Assembly: GCA_964016885.1 (NCBI GenBank)
Contig: OZ024742.1
Span: forward strand, 313,410,001-313,474,000
Direction of reading: 5' to 3'
DNA length: 64,000 nucleotides
Origin: Eledone cirrhosa
Lineage: Eukaryota
The position numbers were made by a program, and so were the translations under genes. The notes beneath the pieces are model-generated. The model was not told the DNA's origin and did no database searches. It saw nothing but the letters and a program-made list of their open reading frames with translations. Positions 26,399 through 38,981 of the stretch are shown one piece after another; position 1 is the stretch's first letter, and each line of letters begins with the position of its first letter.

Positions 26399-29300
26399 TC
26401 CCATGTTGTACATAAAATATTTAGGACAATTATTCTTGGTTTAGGCAGCAAATTGGCTGAGTCATTAGAACGTCAGATAGAATGCTTTATGGTATTCGTT
26501 TCGGCTCTGAGTTCAAATCCCGCCGAGGTCAACTTTGCCTTTTACCCATTCGAAGTCGATAAAAAAGTACCAGTCAAGTACTAGGGTTGATTCTTCCTCT
26601 ATATCTCTCATTTCCTCTCTTTCACTTTCTATCTCTGGAAGAAATCTGCTGTACTCAGGCCTGGAGAGGGATGGGCTCCACCAGGCTTAAAATGCCCAAG
26701 AAACGCAGTATGTCAATATGACACCCCTACAACTTTATCAGGAAGTATGGGACCATACATACATTCTTGGTTTAGTAGCAAAATTGTTCGAGCATCAGAC
26801 AAAATGCTTCATGGCATTTAGTTACAACCCTTTACAACCTAAGCTCAAATTCTGCTCCAGTCAACTTTGCCTTTCATCTTTCTGGGGTTCAATAAAATAA
26901 AGTACCAGTAAAGTACTAGGGTAAAATAAAAATAAAAAAAATATTCCCTTTCCTACAAATTACCGGCCTCATACCAGAATTAGAAATCATTTTTGTCTAC
27001 CACCAGTGCATTTGAACTAACAGACTGTTTGTAGTTCCACACTTTATCCTTTGGTCTATGTCATCGATTCAAACTAAAAGCTACAGTTGTAATTATAAGT
27101 TTATGAATAAACCCTATAGCATTTAAACTGGCCGTATACGGCCAGAATTCTCTCACCTCTTTCTGTTCAAACTGGGGTAACTGGCCACTCATACTGATGT
27201 TAAGGTATTGTTTTCAAAATAAATACCAAAATTTCCGATTCGGTATTGTGAGATAAAGCCTTTACCATGAAAATACAGTAGTAAATGCTAAAGGGTTAAT
27301 CATATTCTGTGTTCCACATTATCAGATAAAATATTTAGGACAATTGTTCTTGTCTCAGGCACTTCAGTGGCTATTGTAGATCTATAATCAGTATATTATA
27401 TAATAGTTTTGTTTGCACTATATTCTATTGTAAATAATTGTTATAAGCACTATTAATGTCTTTTGTGATATCACTGGCATAATTATAGTGATTGTGTTGT
27501 ATCAGTGTTTCTGGAACAATCAGTGTACATGAAGTTTTAAAATATTATCAACTGTACATATTTATAGACATGTTTAAAACTGTTACAGTAAATACATCTG
27601 TTACTATAGCTAATGACCGAGTATATTCAACTCCATACACACAGCTGTTGTATATCCGAAGGTCAATCCAGATAGAGCAGATCTATGACAAGAGGGTTTC
27701 TAACCATGACCAACCCATTTTTAAAGAGTATCTATGGCTTCACTATCTTGTGTATTTATATATTTTAAATATTCACTCCCACCAAGATAAGCATCCACGA
27801 TGCAGATTATCAATTTATTTGTAATGCGTCCTTTTCTTATTTAAGGTGGCCAAGTGCGATTTAAGGGAGATTTGACTGATATTTTTAGCAGGTTGAATGA
27901 TCACGTAGATGCTTCTTTGTTGGGTCATGTGATAAACATCGTATATTGTGTATGTTCATACATGTGCGTATCTTGTGTATGTATTTACATTTGAATGTGT
28001 TGGTTTGGACACTAATTTCGTTTAAGCGTGGATTTTTTAAATACTCCTTTTTTCTTGTACCTTAAAAAAAACCGGTCTTTGAATATTCAAAATCATAAAC
28101 TAATTAAGGTTAGGGGGTTTGCAGCAACAGTACTTTGTGTAAATATATTTCGTTTGCGTTTCATCTCCAGTTAATTGAACATGAAAACAAAGGCCAGAAA
28201 GTGAGATAAATGCTTTCAAATGTAGACAAAATATACTTATACACTTCAAATACAAACAAAACATTTGCATATGCAAAAAAAGACATACTGTACCTATAAA
28301 TCCCCTGACCATAATCAATTTTTTTCTAAAATAAAATTTTCATTCAATTTTTATTTTATATAAAATATAATATGCTGATTCCGAATCATTGCTATTGAAA
28401 GGAGAAATCCGAAGAATTTTTATATTAATGCATAATAAAAATCCTCGCAAAAAACGTATGCTCGGTTTAATGTATGTATGTGTGAATATATATATATATA
28501 TATATAATATAGAGTTAGAAACTCACAATAGTCCCCTATTACGTGCCTTCTCTCATTGCTATGATTTACACACACACACACACACACACACGAGGGAACC
28601 CTAACAGTGTACCGAACATTTAATTCTAACCATAATGTGTATATACGCAATGCATCCGATTATTCGGACGAGAGTTTATTTTCATTCGACATCAATTGTC
28701 AATGATAACCTATATATGAGTGACTGTGTTAATTAAATATGAATGAAACATGTATACTGGAGATACGATGTTGATGTCTGCGTGTAAAACAGATTATCTT
28801 CTATCTTCACAGAGTGAACAAAAAATTTTTTTGAAGTCACATGAATTAAATTAATTTTAACGTAAATCCCAACTGTAGCTTAAGTATCTGTTAATTAACT
28901 GTGTTAACTCAACTATAAACATTACACAACATGTGTTATCAAGCTATGATAGTCGGTGTCAGCTTAGTACAAAGTAAAGTGAACTGGAGTGAAATAGAGA
29001 CACGCAACAAAACCGAACAGTAGTAATCATTGAGAAATAATTTGATTGATTGATTGATAGCATACATATGTGTGTTAATACAGGCATATGTGTGTTTTAA
29101 ACAAGCAGTTATAATTAATAAGATATATTAAGAATTATAAAAAAAAAAAAGAGGGATAATGACTTCTTGCTTACGTAACAAGTACAATTATGTTTCTTAC
29201 GTATTTATGTACAAGGCCAACTGTTGTAAGTATATAATAGATAGAATTAACTGCAGCAGGTAGGAACTTTATCGATCTCACGGAAATAAAATGCAGATTT

Positions 29301-29914
29301 AACACCGGTTGGATTTAAAGACGAAACCGAGAAATAATGCGTTATTACGTTGAAACAAGACATATTTATAAAATAGGCGTTGAGATTAAATAATATAGTT
29401 TAATCTACAAATATTCCTATTCTGATTTCGATAATAGTTAATTTCTTAAACACGAAGACTTTAAATTTCAAAATGGAAGGAGAAAAAAAAAAAATCAACC
29501 GTTGAGGCGCTCATGCCATTCCCGTATTTATTAGAGGCATAGAAATTATAATTAGTGAGAAAAGTAACGAAACATTTAACGGAAATGACATAATGGTTAC
29601 ATATTTGGGGTTGGAATATGTCTGGAAATGTAAGTGTGAGTGTGTATACGTCTATGTATAGTGGTGGTTCTGTGTCGTTATAGAAAACTGATCAGGTGTT
29701 TAAAAAAAGTGGCGTGATAACATTTATACTAATAGTTAATTCCCTGCAACTGGTCGGATCTGTCAGAGAGAGAGAGAGAGAAAGAAGAATGAAGTGATAC
29801 AAACTTGTTAGAAATAAATTACTGTACAGTAAAAAAGGAGAATAAGTTACAAACATTCAAATTGAAGCATAAAATAGGATCGTATTTTATACGCCAGACC
29901 ATCAGAATTCCTAC

Positions 29915-29978
29915 CTGAATTAGCTAAAATCCTTCCTCGGGAGGCTAGATCAGACGTGTCCACTACAGCTGACGCCAT
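29915..29978 (-). CDS. TMEM41B: Probable first coding exon of TMEM41B (MASAVVDTSDLASRGRILANS+G)
   Basis: ATGGCG start at 29978 inside a CpG-containing promoter-like patch; 64 nt ending at CAG|GTAGGA in phase 1, matching the phase-1 acceptor at 3409 (G+AA=Glu). The N-terminus is not conserved, so linkage across a ~26.5-kb intron is inferred. Confidence 0.6.
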
Positions 29979-30060
29979 ATTACTTATACAAGGTAACTTC
30001 CGGTTGTCAAAACTACGACGGACTGTTTATATCCGGTTTCAAGAGAAAAACCTAACATTG
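29965..30060 (-). promoter_or_regulatory. Putative housekeeping promoter of TMEM41B
   Basis: Local CpG enrichment, ETS core ACTTCCGGTT (~29996-30005), YY1-like CGCCATATT overlapping the ATG, TGACG half-site. Confidence 0.5.
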
Positions 30061-30811
30061 TCCCACGGTAAAAAAATAAGAAAACCGCTTAACTGCAACG
30101 CATCATTTATTCATTTTACTTTATTTCATAATTTTTCATTATACAAAAATAATCTTTTTTTCGGATATCTTTAAAAATAGGTCTCCTTTGAACAAAATTT
30201 TAAAAAATCTGTTCAATTCACTGGATTTATTTCACATGCTCCGCTTACGTATGTCGGATCCCGATGTATATCAAGAGGCGACCACTGTCAAAAAAGGTTA
30301 TCAATACGTTAGTAAAGTATAGGTATATTCATTTTATTATAGAAATTACTTCTACAGGACTAGAAGTGTTTCATTCGTAAGAAATCATCTTACGAAATAA
30401 ACAATTCTATTCGAGTATAATAGAATGATTATATATATTATACACACACGAGGAGAGCCTAACCTTATATGCAATCAATTCGATATATTTTCATTCTCTT
30501 CAAAAGGAAATTTATTGTCAATGATAGCCGTATAGTTTCTAATTTACCTTACGTTACTTTACATCTTTCTGCTTCTCTTCCTCTACATGTATCTATCTGT
30601 TATTACTCATAACTCGAAGTATCTAAAAACAAAAAGTCACAAAATATTTCATTTCCATGTAAACATTTAACAGCATTGAAAAAATTATAACTAAAATTAA
30701 ATTAGTTAAGATCTAAATGTTATTTTTTTTTTTTTAATATTGAAAATTATGGGTATAATACTACATATGTAATAGTTAATAGTATTTATTATGTGTTTAT
30801 ATATACAGTAA

Positions 30812-31150
30812 GTAAGACCCTCAAATACTCTGATCTGTCGGCCAGCTACATTTTTCAGCCTGTGGCTTTCGAGGCGTTTGGGGGAGTCGGGCCGCTGACT
30901 GCGTGGCTCCTCTCTTCACTGGCGGCTCGCCTAATGGAGGTAACTGGCGAATCTCGCGACGGCGCTTGGCTGTTTCAGCGCATCAGCCTCGCCATCACCC
31001 GAGGCAACGCTGCGTGTGTGCTGGCTTGCCTCAAAAATCATTAGAGAGGTTGCCCAGTACTCCTCGCGACGTTGCTGTCTTTTGCTCTGGTGTTGGCTCC
31101 GTTGTTCACCCCTTCCTTTACATTTTCTTTAATATTGTAACATTAAAAGA
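30812..31150 (+). mobile_element. 3' fragment of a CRE-clade (restriction-like endonuclease) non-LTR retrotransposon
   Basis: GC-rich island encoding KY..L...YIFQPVAFEAFG...LFQRISLAITRGNAACV, the typical CRE C-terminus. Confidence 0.78.
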
Positions 31151-31209
31151 ATATATCTTTCTGAATGAATCGCGAGCTATTTATAATGTTAACGAAGCAT
31201 TTGTAATGT

Positions 31210-31998
31210 TATGGTGGGGCATAATTCCTGTTACGAAGTTTTAAATCAATTTTAAAAATACATTATGTTGCTAAAATAACTAATATATGTGTATCAAATC
31301 CATGCACTATAACCATATTAACTATTTTTCGGAACATTACGCCATTAACAATTTGCAATGTCCATAGAATTGCAAAGAAAGTTCATAATAGAGAAGCATG
31401 AAAAAGGCCTGACTCCACCCGAGATATTTAAACTGGGGAAAACTCTAAGATCAATAGTATGTTGATCAAAAGGACAATCGATCGATTTAAGGAAACTTCC
31501 TCGACCAAAGAGACCTCGATACGGACGCCCTCGCACCTCAAGAACACCAAAACTCGTTAAAAGTGTGAGGGAAAAAATAAGGCGTAATCCAAGAAGGTCC
31601 ACGAGAAAAATGGCAGGAGAAGCAGCAACATCGCCGAAGAACTATGCGGAGGATATGTCGAGATGATCTGGGGATGTCACCCTATAAGTTCCAAAAGAGG
31701 CAGCTTCTTTCTGCAGCCACAATTGAAAAGAGGCTCTCTAGAAGTATTGAAACTCCAAAATCAAAACTGAATAAAGTATGGGAGAAAATACCCATGGAAA
31801 CTGTTCGTGCAGCCATCGAACATTCCTAGAAGACTTCGAGCGGTAGTGAGAGCTAGAGGAAAGCATTTCGAATAAATTTTTATGCAGTTTTTTAATAGTA
31901 TATTACTTACTATTTGTTGAAGTCAGATCTTGAAATAAATCTTTTTTTTCAAGAACTATTTGCATTTTATTTTGTAACAGTTGTTATGCCCCACCCTG
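31210..31998 (+). mobile_element. Internally deleted Tc1/mariner (maT/DD37D-like) element
   Basis: TIRs GGTGGGGCATAA..TGTTAC / GTAACA..TTATGCCCCACCCTG+TA; HTH region (GRPRTSRT, IRRNPRRSTRKMA, DLGMSPYK) fused directly to the C-terminus (RLRAVVRARGKHFE); catalytic domain missing. Confidence 0.85.
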
Positions 31999-32201
31999 TA
32001 TTTAAAATATATTTATGTTCTACTGTAAATTTATTTATATGCTCAGTATATATTTTCATTCTGAAAGAATTGCAAACGATTTGTAATGTTATTTATACAA
32101 CTATGTATATATTATTTTTTATTTGTCATTGAAGAAAGAACAACGTCCGTTACAATAGCACAAGTTGTATAACATTACAAATATGTTTTAAATATATACA
32201 T

Positions 32202-32383
32202 AAATAATTGTTTCTACTTTTGGCACAAGGCCAGCAATTACCCAGTGCATTACTGGTACTTTATTCTATCGACCCCGTAAGGATGAAAGGCAAAGTTAAC
32301 CTCGGCGGGATTTGAACTCAGTCCGTAAAGGGACGTAACTATGCTTGAAAGCATGGCGCCCGACCCGCTACCGATACTGCCAA
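32202..32383 (-). mobile_element. SINE copy
   Basis: Reverse complement of the SINE. Confidence 0.85.
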
Positions 32384-33964
32384 TACAAATGCGTAAACAA
32401 CATAAACTGATCGCAATTCGTTCAGAAGCACATTACAAATATGATGTCGTTGATAAACATGTAATTTATATTGTCAGTGAAAAAAAGAACAGTAAGAGTC
32501 GGAATTTTGGAAACTTGTCATTGATCGAGTGTTTATATTATTATACACACTAATACAATATATAAAATATCTATATTTATATATACGCATATATATCTTT
32601 GTATATTGGTGTTTAATGTAAAATATAGTAATGGTCGTTGCAGAGTGCGTTTTAATGCGCCTTGCAACTAGTATTGAAGTGAGGTCTGACTATTTGGATG
32701 TTTACCATGTGCTCTTTGTTACACCGCTCTTGTTATGATATCCTACATTAAACAAATAAACAACGTACCTAACTAATAAGAAGTCTTTTTCATTTAACTG
32801 GTATCAAAACTGTTGACGGAGTCTCCACCCTAGCCCCCAAAATTGTTTACGGAGTTTCCACCCTAGCACGCAAAACTTTATTCGAAAATTTCCTATTCTT
32901 AACCACAAGCCTAATCGTAACCATACAATTACCTTAATAAAAATAACCCTAATCAACATTTTTAAAATATCCTTATTTATTTTTTTACAGAATCGTAATT
33001 TCCTAACTTTCAAACGTATGTATCCAAAGTTCTTATCGTTAGCGGTTTACATTAATGAGGTATATTGATACCCGTGTGGGTGCTTAGTTGTTCCAGCACC
33101 TTAGCGGTAATGCTACCAGTGTGTTGGCTTACCTCAAAATCTATTAGAGAAAGGCTCCGGTGCCTCTTATGGTGTGTGATCGATTGACACACATTACGTA
33201 GTGTTAATATTTTCTTTAGTTTTGAATATATATCTTATATAAAGTGTGTAATCTTTGTCTTTACTTGCAACGTTTCTTGTGCTAAGGTGTATTGAGCTTT
33301 GCCTTCCCCTTGGACTGCCTTTACTACAGAATCCAAAGAAGAAAAAAAAATATGCTATAGGTTGGGGGTGGGAGGGTAAATCCGAAAAAAGCTTTTGAAT
33401 TAAAACAAAAAAAAAAAAAAATGCGCAAGGATATTTCAATGAAATTCACAACTTTGAATTATTAAAAAAAAAAATATAAAAAAAAATAAAATATAGCCTT
33501 ATAACTTTCTTAAAATACCACTTTCTCTCTTGAAAAGAGTCCCATCTCCCCGATTATTCCTATCGAATTAATAATAATAATGAAAATTATTGTGTACAGT
33601 GCCCAGGTGCACTACAACTAATTAAAGGTGTATGTATAGTAGAAATGTAAGGAAAGTGAAGATGTTTCTTCCCTGAAGTCAAATTTACAATGTGTAATAT
33701 GGTCTCCATTTACCGAGGAATGAAATGGTATGGCATTGATTTAACAGCAACACGAAGTTTTTTGTACAAAATGAAGATATGACATACGTTTTGGATGAAT
33801 TACCTTGCAACTGTTATTCATTCATAGATAATGCGTGTTTTGCATTGGAATGGATATTTAGGCGAGAATATTACCAAGGATCACTGTAATGTCCGATTCC
33901 AGTTGATGGATATTTGTTAAACCACATAAACCAACACATTGCAGCTCGTATTATATGTACACTC

Positions 33965-34135
33965 GGGCGGTGGATTGGCAGAATCGGTAGAGGGTCGGAC
34001 GCCATGCTTTGACGCAAAGAGTTACGGCTCTTTATGGTCTGAGTTCAAATCCCGCCGAGGTTAACTTTGCCTTTAGTCCTTACAGGGTTGATAAAATAAA
34101 GTAGTAGTAATACACTGGGATAATTACTGGCCTTA
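33965..34135 (+). mobile_element. SINE copy
   Basis: Matches the SINE. Confidence 0.85.
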
Positions 34136-36043
34136 TATGTACACTCGATTTACCGACTCGTTAGATTGCCGTCAAAGTGGTCGAGTATTCTCAGATTGAA
34201 TCTATGACATAATATTTGAAAATATTCCATTTTTAAATTACAGGACGAGTCCAACTGAATTTCTCTTACAGGTTTGTGTCAATCCAAGACAATGGTAAAA
34301 GACATTTCCTACGATGCCGTCTTGGAATCGAGTCATCTAAATTCTGCGGTAAACGGAAATAATATTATACAATGCAACCTTGACTTGAAGGGGAGAATTA
34401 GTAGAGTCGTTAGCATGCTCTCAGTTCAAATGCCGCCGAGGTCAACTTTGCCTTTCCTCCTTTTGAGATAGATGAAAAGAAGTACCAGTCTAGTACTGTG
34501 GTCGAGTCTTCATCTGTACCTTTTGCTCACTTCCACTTTTATTACTCTCTCTGCTTCGCTGGAGAGGAAATGGGCTCTGCCAGGTTTTTAAAATGCCGAA
34601 GAAACACCCTAGGAGTTACGGATGAACTAAGAATATCGACTTGAGGGGAAACATTTTGCCAAATGGAATGTTCTATTTTATTTTTCTACCTTCAAAAGGG
34701 TGACTAGTTTTGAAAATACATTGAGAAGAGTTGATGATGAATATTATAAAAAATACCCTATAAATATGAAGTTCCTAGTCCAGATAATTATAGTCTTATA
34801 TGTTGTTTGGAAGACTTGAAATTGGACGGCACACGCAATAACTCCGTCACCAGGCTTAAGAGCTTCAAAACAATTTGTATGGCCACTAATATGCAATTAT
34901 TCAAAGGCAACGTTTCGGAATAAGCATATCACCGTAATATTTTTCTAAATCTGAGGGGGCACCAATGAAAAGTAAGAGAGAAGGGCAGTTCTTCGACGAC
35001 GGAAATACCAAGCTCGTAGCGTGAGCTGCTTGAAGGAGGCAGTCGTCTCCGACACATGTCTGTTAATTAAGGTTGGGAGACCAATTGTGTCTTTAACTCC
35101 GAACGTCACAGGGTATACAATTGTTTACCTGAGTCTTTGCACAGAACATGTCTTTATCGTTAATATATCTCAAACAAAGAAATACTGAAACAACAGAACA
35201 TGTCACAGGAAGGTATACTTAACTAAAAGATATTATTTTTGCTCGAGTCAAGTAGATTAAGACGTGATTCTCGTCATCAGAAGAATAAAATAATTTACTG
35301 TGAAAAAAAAAAAAGAATGTTATAAAAATAAATATTTATTTAAAACTTAGATCGTTTTAAGTGAATTATTTTGCTCTAGCTGTATACAATGGCAGACTGC
35401 CCCGCCTTGCGTAACGTCATTGGTGCGCGGCAATCGCCTGCAAACAATCTGTTACGAGGGAGCATTTCAGTGCAGGGGGGGGGGGGGGGGGGCATCAAAT
35501 AAATCGATAGGGAAAATTCTTTTTACAAACAAATTTGTCAGTTTATCGATTTAAAAAACTTCAAAACAACGAAGAAGCAATTACAGCCATTTTCATTTAT
35601 TTGATTGTATTTTATTTACCTAAAGCGAAACATGACACTTAATTATGATTCAGCGTCAAAAATAATTGAATCCAAGAGTAAAAGTTGCAACACTTAAATT
35701 CTAGTTTAAACCGTTTTATCCCAGCCAAAACGTATTCGCTAATCAACTGTCCTGAGTTTCAAAAACTGTCCATATTTTATCTCTTTCTCCAGATATGATC
35801 ATAGACATTAAGCTGTGACCAACTGTCTTTTTAGATGTATGTATAGGAGTAAGATAACGAATTTATGACATGCGTACCCAAAATGACACGCGAAAATATT
35901 TTCCTGGCATGTTGGAAAAAAAGACATAAAACGCCATATATATATACATCAAACAGAAAGAGAAAAATAAAAATAAATAATAGAGGGACCCAATACTCTT
36001 CATTGAGCGCCGCGAACAATATAGCGAAAGCATTGCTGTAGAG

Positions 36044-37700
36044 CAGAGGTTCTCAACCCATTTAGGCCAAACTTTTGTCCCTCATTTTTCAATATACTAC
36101 TGATTTTGATATCAGTCGATTACTAAAAATAAAAATAAAAAAAATAAAAATTTAGTTTGCTTCGTAACAATAGCATATCCAAGTTTTTGGATAAATCAAA
36201 TTTCTTTAACTTTGACCTCATTTCAATGAAACCCTTGAGCTTCATGGAGTCTAGCTAACTCTTTGACATGAGGCTGAATTTTCGTAAGATGTAGCCAGAG
36301 ATCTCCACATGTAATTACATTGTAGCGGTTGCGAGACTTACTGTGCAGTCTGGAAACAGCACCAAACCTCTTCTCGACTAAGTATGAGCTTGGATTGTCC
36401 AAGAGCAAATCTCTTAACCTCTGCATGTAGATGTGGAAATCGACGCTGAATTTCCTCTTGCATCCAAAAAAGGGGTTCACCTATTTTAGGAAATCTAATT
36501 TTGATCATGTCATCTGTTTGAAGTTCAATGAATTCTTCCTGAAATTTAACGTCCAAATTGTCGACAGTAGTGTAGCAAGAGTTGCCTCCCTTGTTGTGAC
36601 GATCACATCACCAATAGAGTAACGCTCTCTAGACAGGAAGTAGCTGGAATTACTTCCCGTTGGAGTGGCAGAACCTTTCCTGTCACTTTCGTCCCAGGAC
36701 CTATAAAGGGAATAACTTTCAGCTCTCTCCCTCTCATTTGCCTTTCGGCTCCTGGCCTTCTAACCTGCCTGGCCCTTCGGCCAGGCGCGTTCGTCTGGCA
36801 ACCCGAACATGGCCTCTTGCGAGCTAACTTCAAAACGGTAACAAATAACTTTACTTCATTCTTTCATCTACTTTCATTGACTTGTCAACTATACTATTCT
36901 ACATAACTGCAAATTGTTAATTAAACGTTATATACACAACCTAGTGTTTTGTTGTATTCATACAATCCAGTTCATTGTTATAGTAGCTATGAAGGGATCT
37001 GCTATCCACATTGGGATGTCCATCGGCTAAAGGTCAACAAACCGTTCTCTCATGTTGTCTTGTAGCGCATAGAGGTGAGTGTTATAAATTTGGAGTTGGT
37101 CATCGCTCACAATGTTTTGAACATTGGCGACACTAGCAAAATTATAGAATTCCCGTCAACAAAGATCCTTTCAAGGACATTCAATTTGGCCAGGAATGTT
37201 TTCACAGCACTCCTTGCTTTAAGCAAGGTGATCTTCTTCCCTACAAAGCCATAATGACGCTATTGCATTTGTCGAAGATGTTGGCGAGGTAGGCACAGTC
37301 TTGCCCAACGTCGAGGGTTTTCTTGTACAGTTCTGTGTTGCATCCTCGCAGAAATTCAATGATAGAGTCGAACAGTTCAAAGAAGTGAGTAAGGCACTTG
37401 CCCTTTGAAAGCCACCTGACTTCAGTATCAAGGAGCAGCTTGACGAATTCTTTGTCATTATCTTGGCACAGTTGCCGGAAAATTTGTTCATTGAGGGAAT
37501 GGTGTTTGATAAAATTGATGACATCAATGGCCACCTGCAAGGACTTGCTCAGCGGCTCGCTGAGTTTCTTCGCAGCCAAGTGTTGTCAATGAATGACACA
37601 ATGAACAACACATACAGATAGATTTTCTCTCTTCAGAAGAGTGACGAAACCCTTATGTTGGCCGACTATTGCTCTTGCGTCGTCCGTAGCACATGATACA
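36044..37700 (-). mobile_element. hAT (Charlie/Buster-like) transposon relic, 3' half of the transposase
   Basis: HCVIH, RWLSKGKCL, WIADPF, SSYLVE..F..V and QPHVKEL..QGFH motifs; TIR-like CAGAGGTTCTCAAC at 36044. Confidence 0.88.
36571..36982 (+). mobile_element. Solo LTR inserted in the hAT transposase
   Basis: TGTAGCAA...TTGTTATA termini; 4-bp TSD GTAG; CTATAAA and ATTAAA signals. Removing it restores the reading WIADPFIATVDNLDVKFQEEF. Confidence 0.85.
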
Positions 37701-37701
37701 A

Positions 37702-38058
37702 TGTGTGTTGTATGTGGTCCTAGATGTATGTATTACCTGCCCGTGTGTTGTATGTAGTCCTAGATGTATGTACTACCTGCTTATGTATTGCATGTGGCCC
37801 TAGCTGTATGAATTACCTGTATATGCTCCTAGATGTGTGTATTACCTCCTTATGTGTTGTATGTGGTTCTAGATGTATGTATTACCTGATTATGTGTTGT
37901 ATGTCGTTCTAGATGTGTGTCCTACCTGACTATGTATTGCATGTGGTCCTAGCTGTATGTATTACCTACCTGTGTGTTGTATGTGGTCCTAGATGTGTGT
38001 GCTACCTGATTATGTGTTGTATGTGGTCCTAGATGTGTGTGCTACCCGCTTCTGTGTT
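37702..38058. repeat. ~39-bp minisatellite, about 9 copies
   Basis: Unit ATGTGTTGTATGTGGTCCTAGATGTATGTATTACCTG.. Confidence 0.9.
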
Positions 38059-38696
38059 TTTTCTTTTCTTTTTTTTAAATTGTAATATTATTTATACAAT
38101 AGGGAATAAAATAGATCTACATAGTGTTAACTCCTTACGCTTGAGTCAATAATTTCAGACATAAAATACATTGTTATCGGTGAAGGAAAGACAAGATTCT
38201 AACTGGCTGCACTCAAAGTGTCTTTGACCCAGTTGACTGTGGATTTTTCCAATTTTAAGATCTCAATTACCAGTTAATGTCTAGAAACGCCTGCTCACAG
38301 CTGCGGTCAGTTTTTTCTTTTTTTAAGATTATCAGCAATGAAGGCACACGCTTCGTAGAATGTTCACCAAACCTGGTCTTGGATATATTCCTAAAGTGTA
38401 TCCATTCCTTGTTAAAGACGGTATAAGTTGACTGATATTTCAAACAGGTTGAACGACTATGTAGAAGCTTCCCTTTAGCTCTATCTTTCGGATCCAGGAG
38501 TCACATTTCATTTAAATACCTTAAAAAGGTAATTTATTTTAAAACCGTGAAAACTTATATTTATAAAGATATAAGAGAAACAAACCGAACATTTAAAATC
38601 CGGTTTAAACATTTTTTTAACCCAATAGTGACTTTTTTTCCTTTTCATATAATTTCTGTTCACCGTGATGGTAGGATACTAGTGTTATAGAGTATG

Positions 38697-38966
38697 TGTG
38701 GTTAGAAAAAGCTATCTCACTTACCGCTTTTCATAGGCGCCGCTAAATCCCATGCCTGGTTTCTCCTCTTCCACGTGCGTCCAACTCATTAATACCCGGG
38801 AGCTGCCAAACTCGCGTCCACCACGATTCTGATCACCACTAGAGAGAGACCGATCTGCTGGCCCTTCCGGTCGAGCACCCTTCCGGCCAAGCACCCTTCC
38901 GGTCAAGCACGCTTCCGGTCGAGCACTCCCCAGCTTCCGGCCACCGCACACCACACCATACCCACA
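38697..38966 (-). repeat. 3' LTR
   Basis: Direct repeat of 42562-42831, preceded by a polypurine tract. Confidence 0.95.
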
Positions 38967-38981
38967 CGCCCCCCTCTGATC

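Noticed and set aside
27492-27824. 110-aa plus-strand ORF
   Set aside because: Overlaps a degraded repeat also seen near 14270-14420, 24890-25090 and 45660-45790; no protein motif.
29590-29640. ATG followed by a strong plus-strand donor (ATGTCTGGAAAT|GTAAGT)
   Set aside because: No downstream partner exon found; TTLL1 already has a homologous start at 47980.
35245-35285. Minus-strand CTGATGA with a CGAG/CTCG stem as a hammerhead
   Set aside because: No GAAA after the stem and no stem III.
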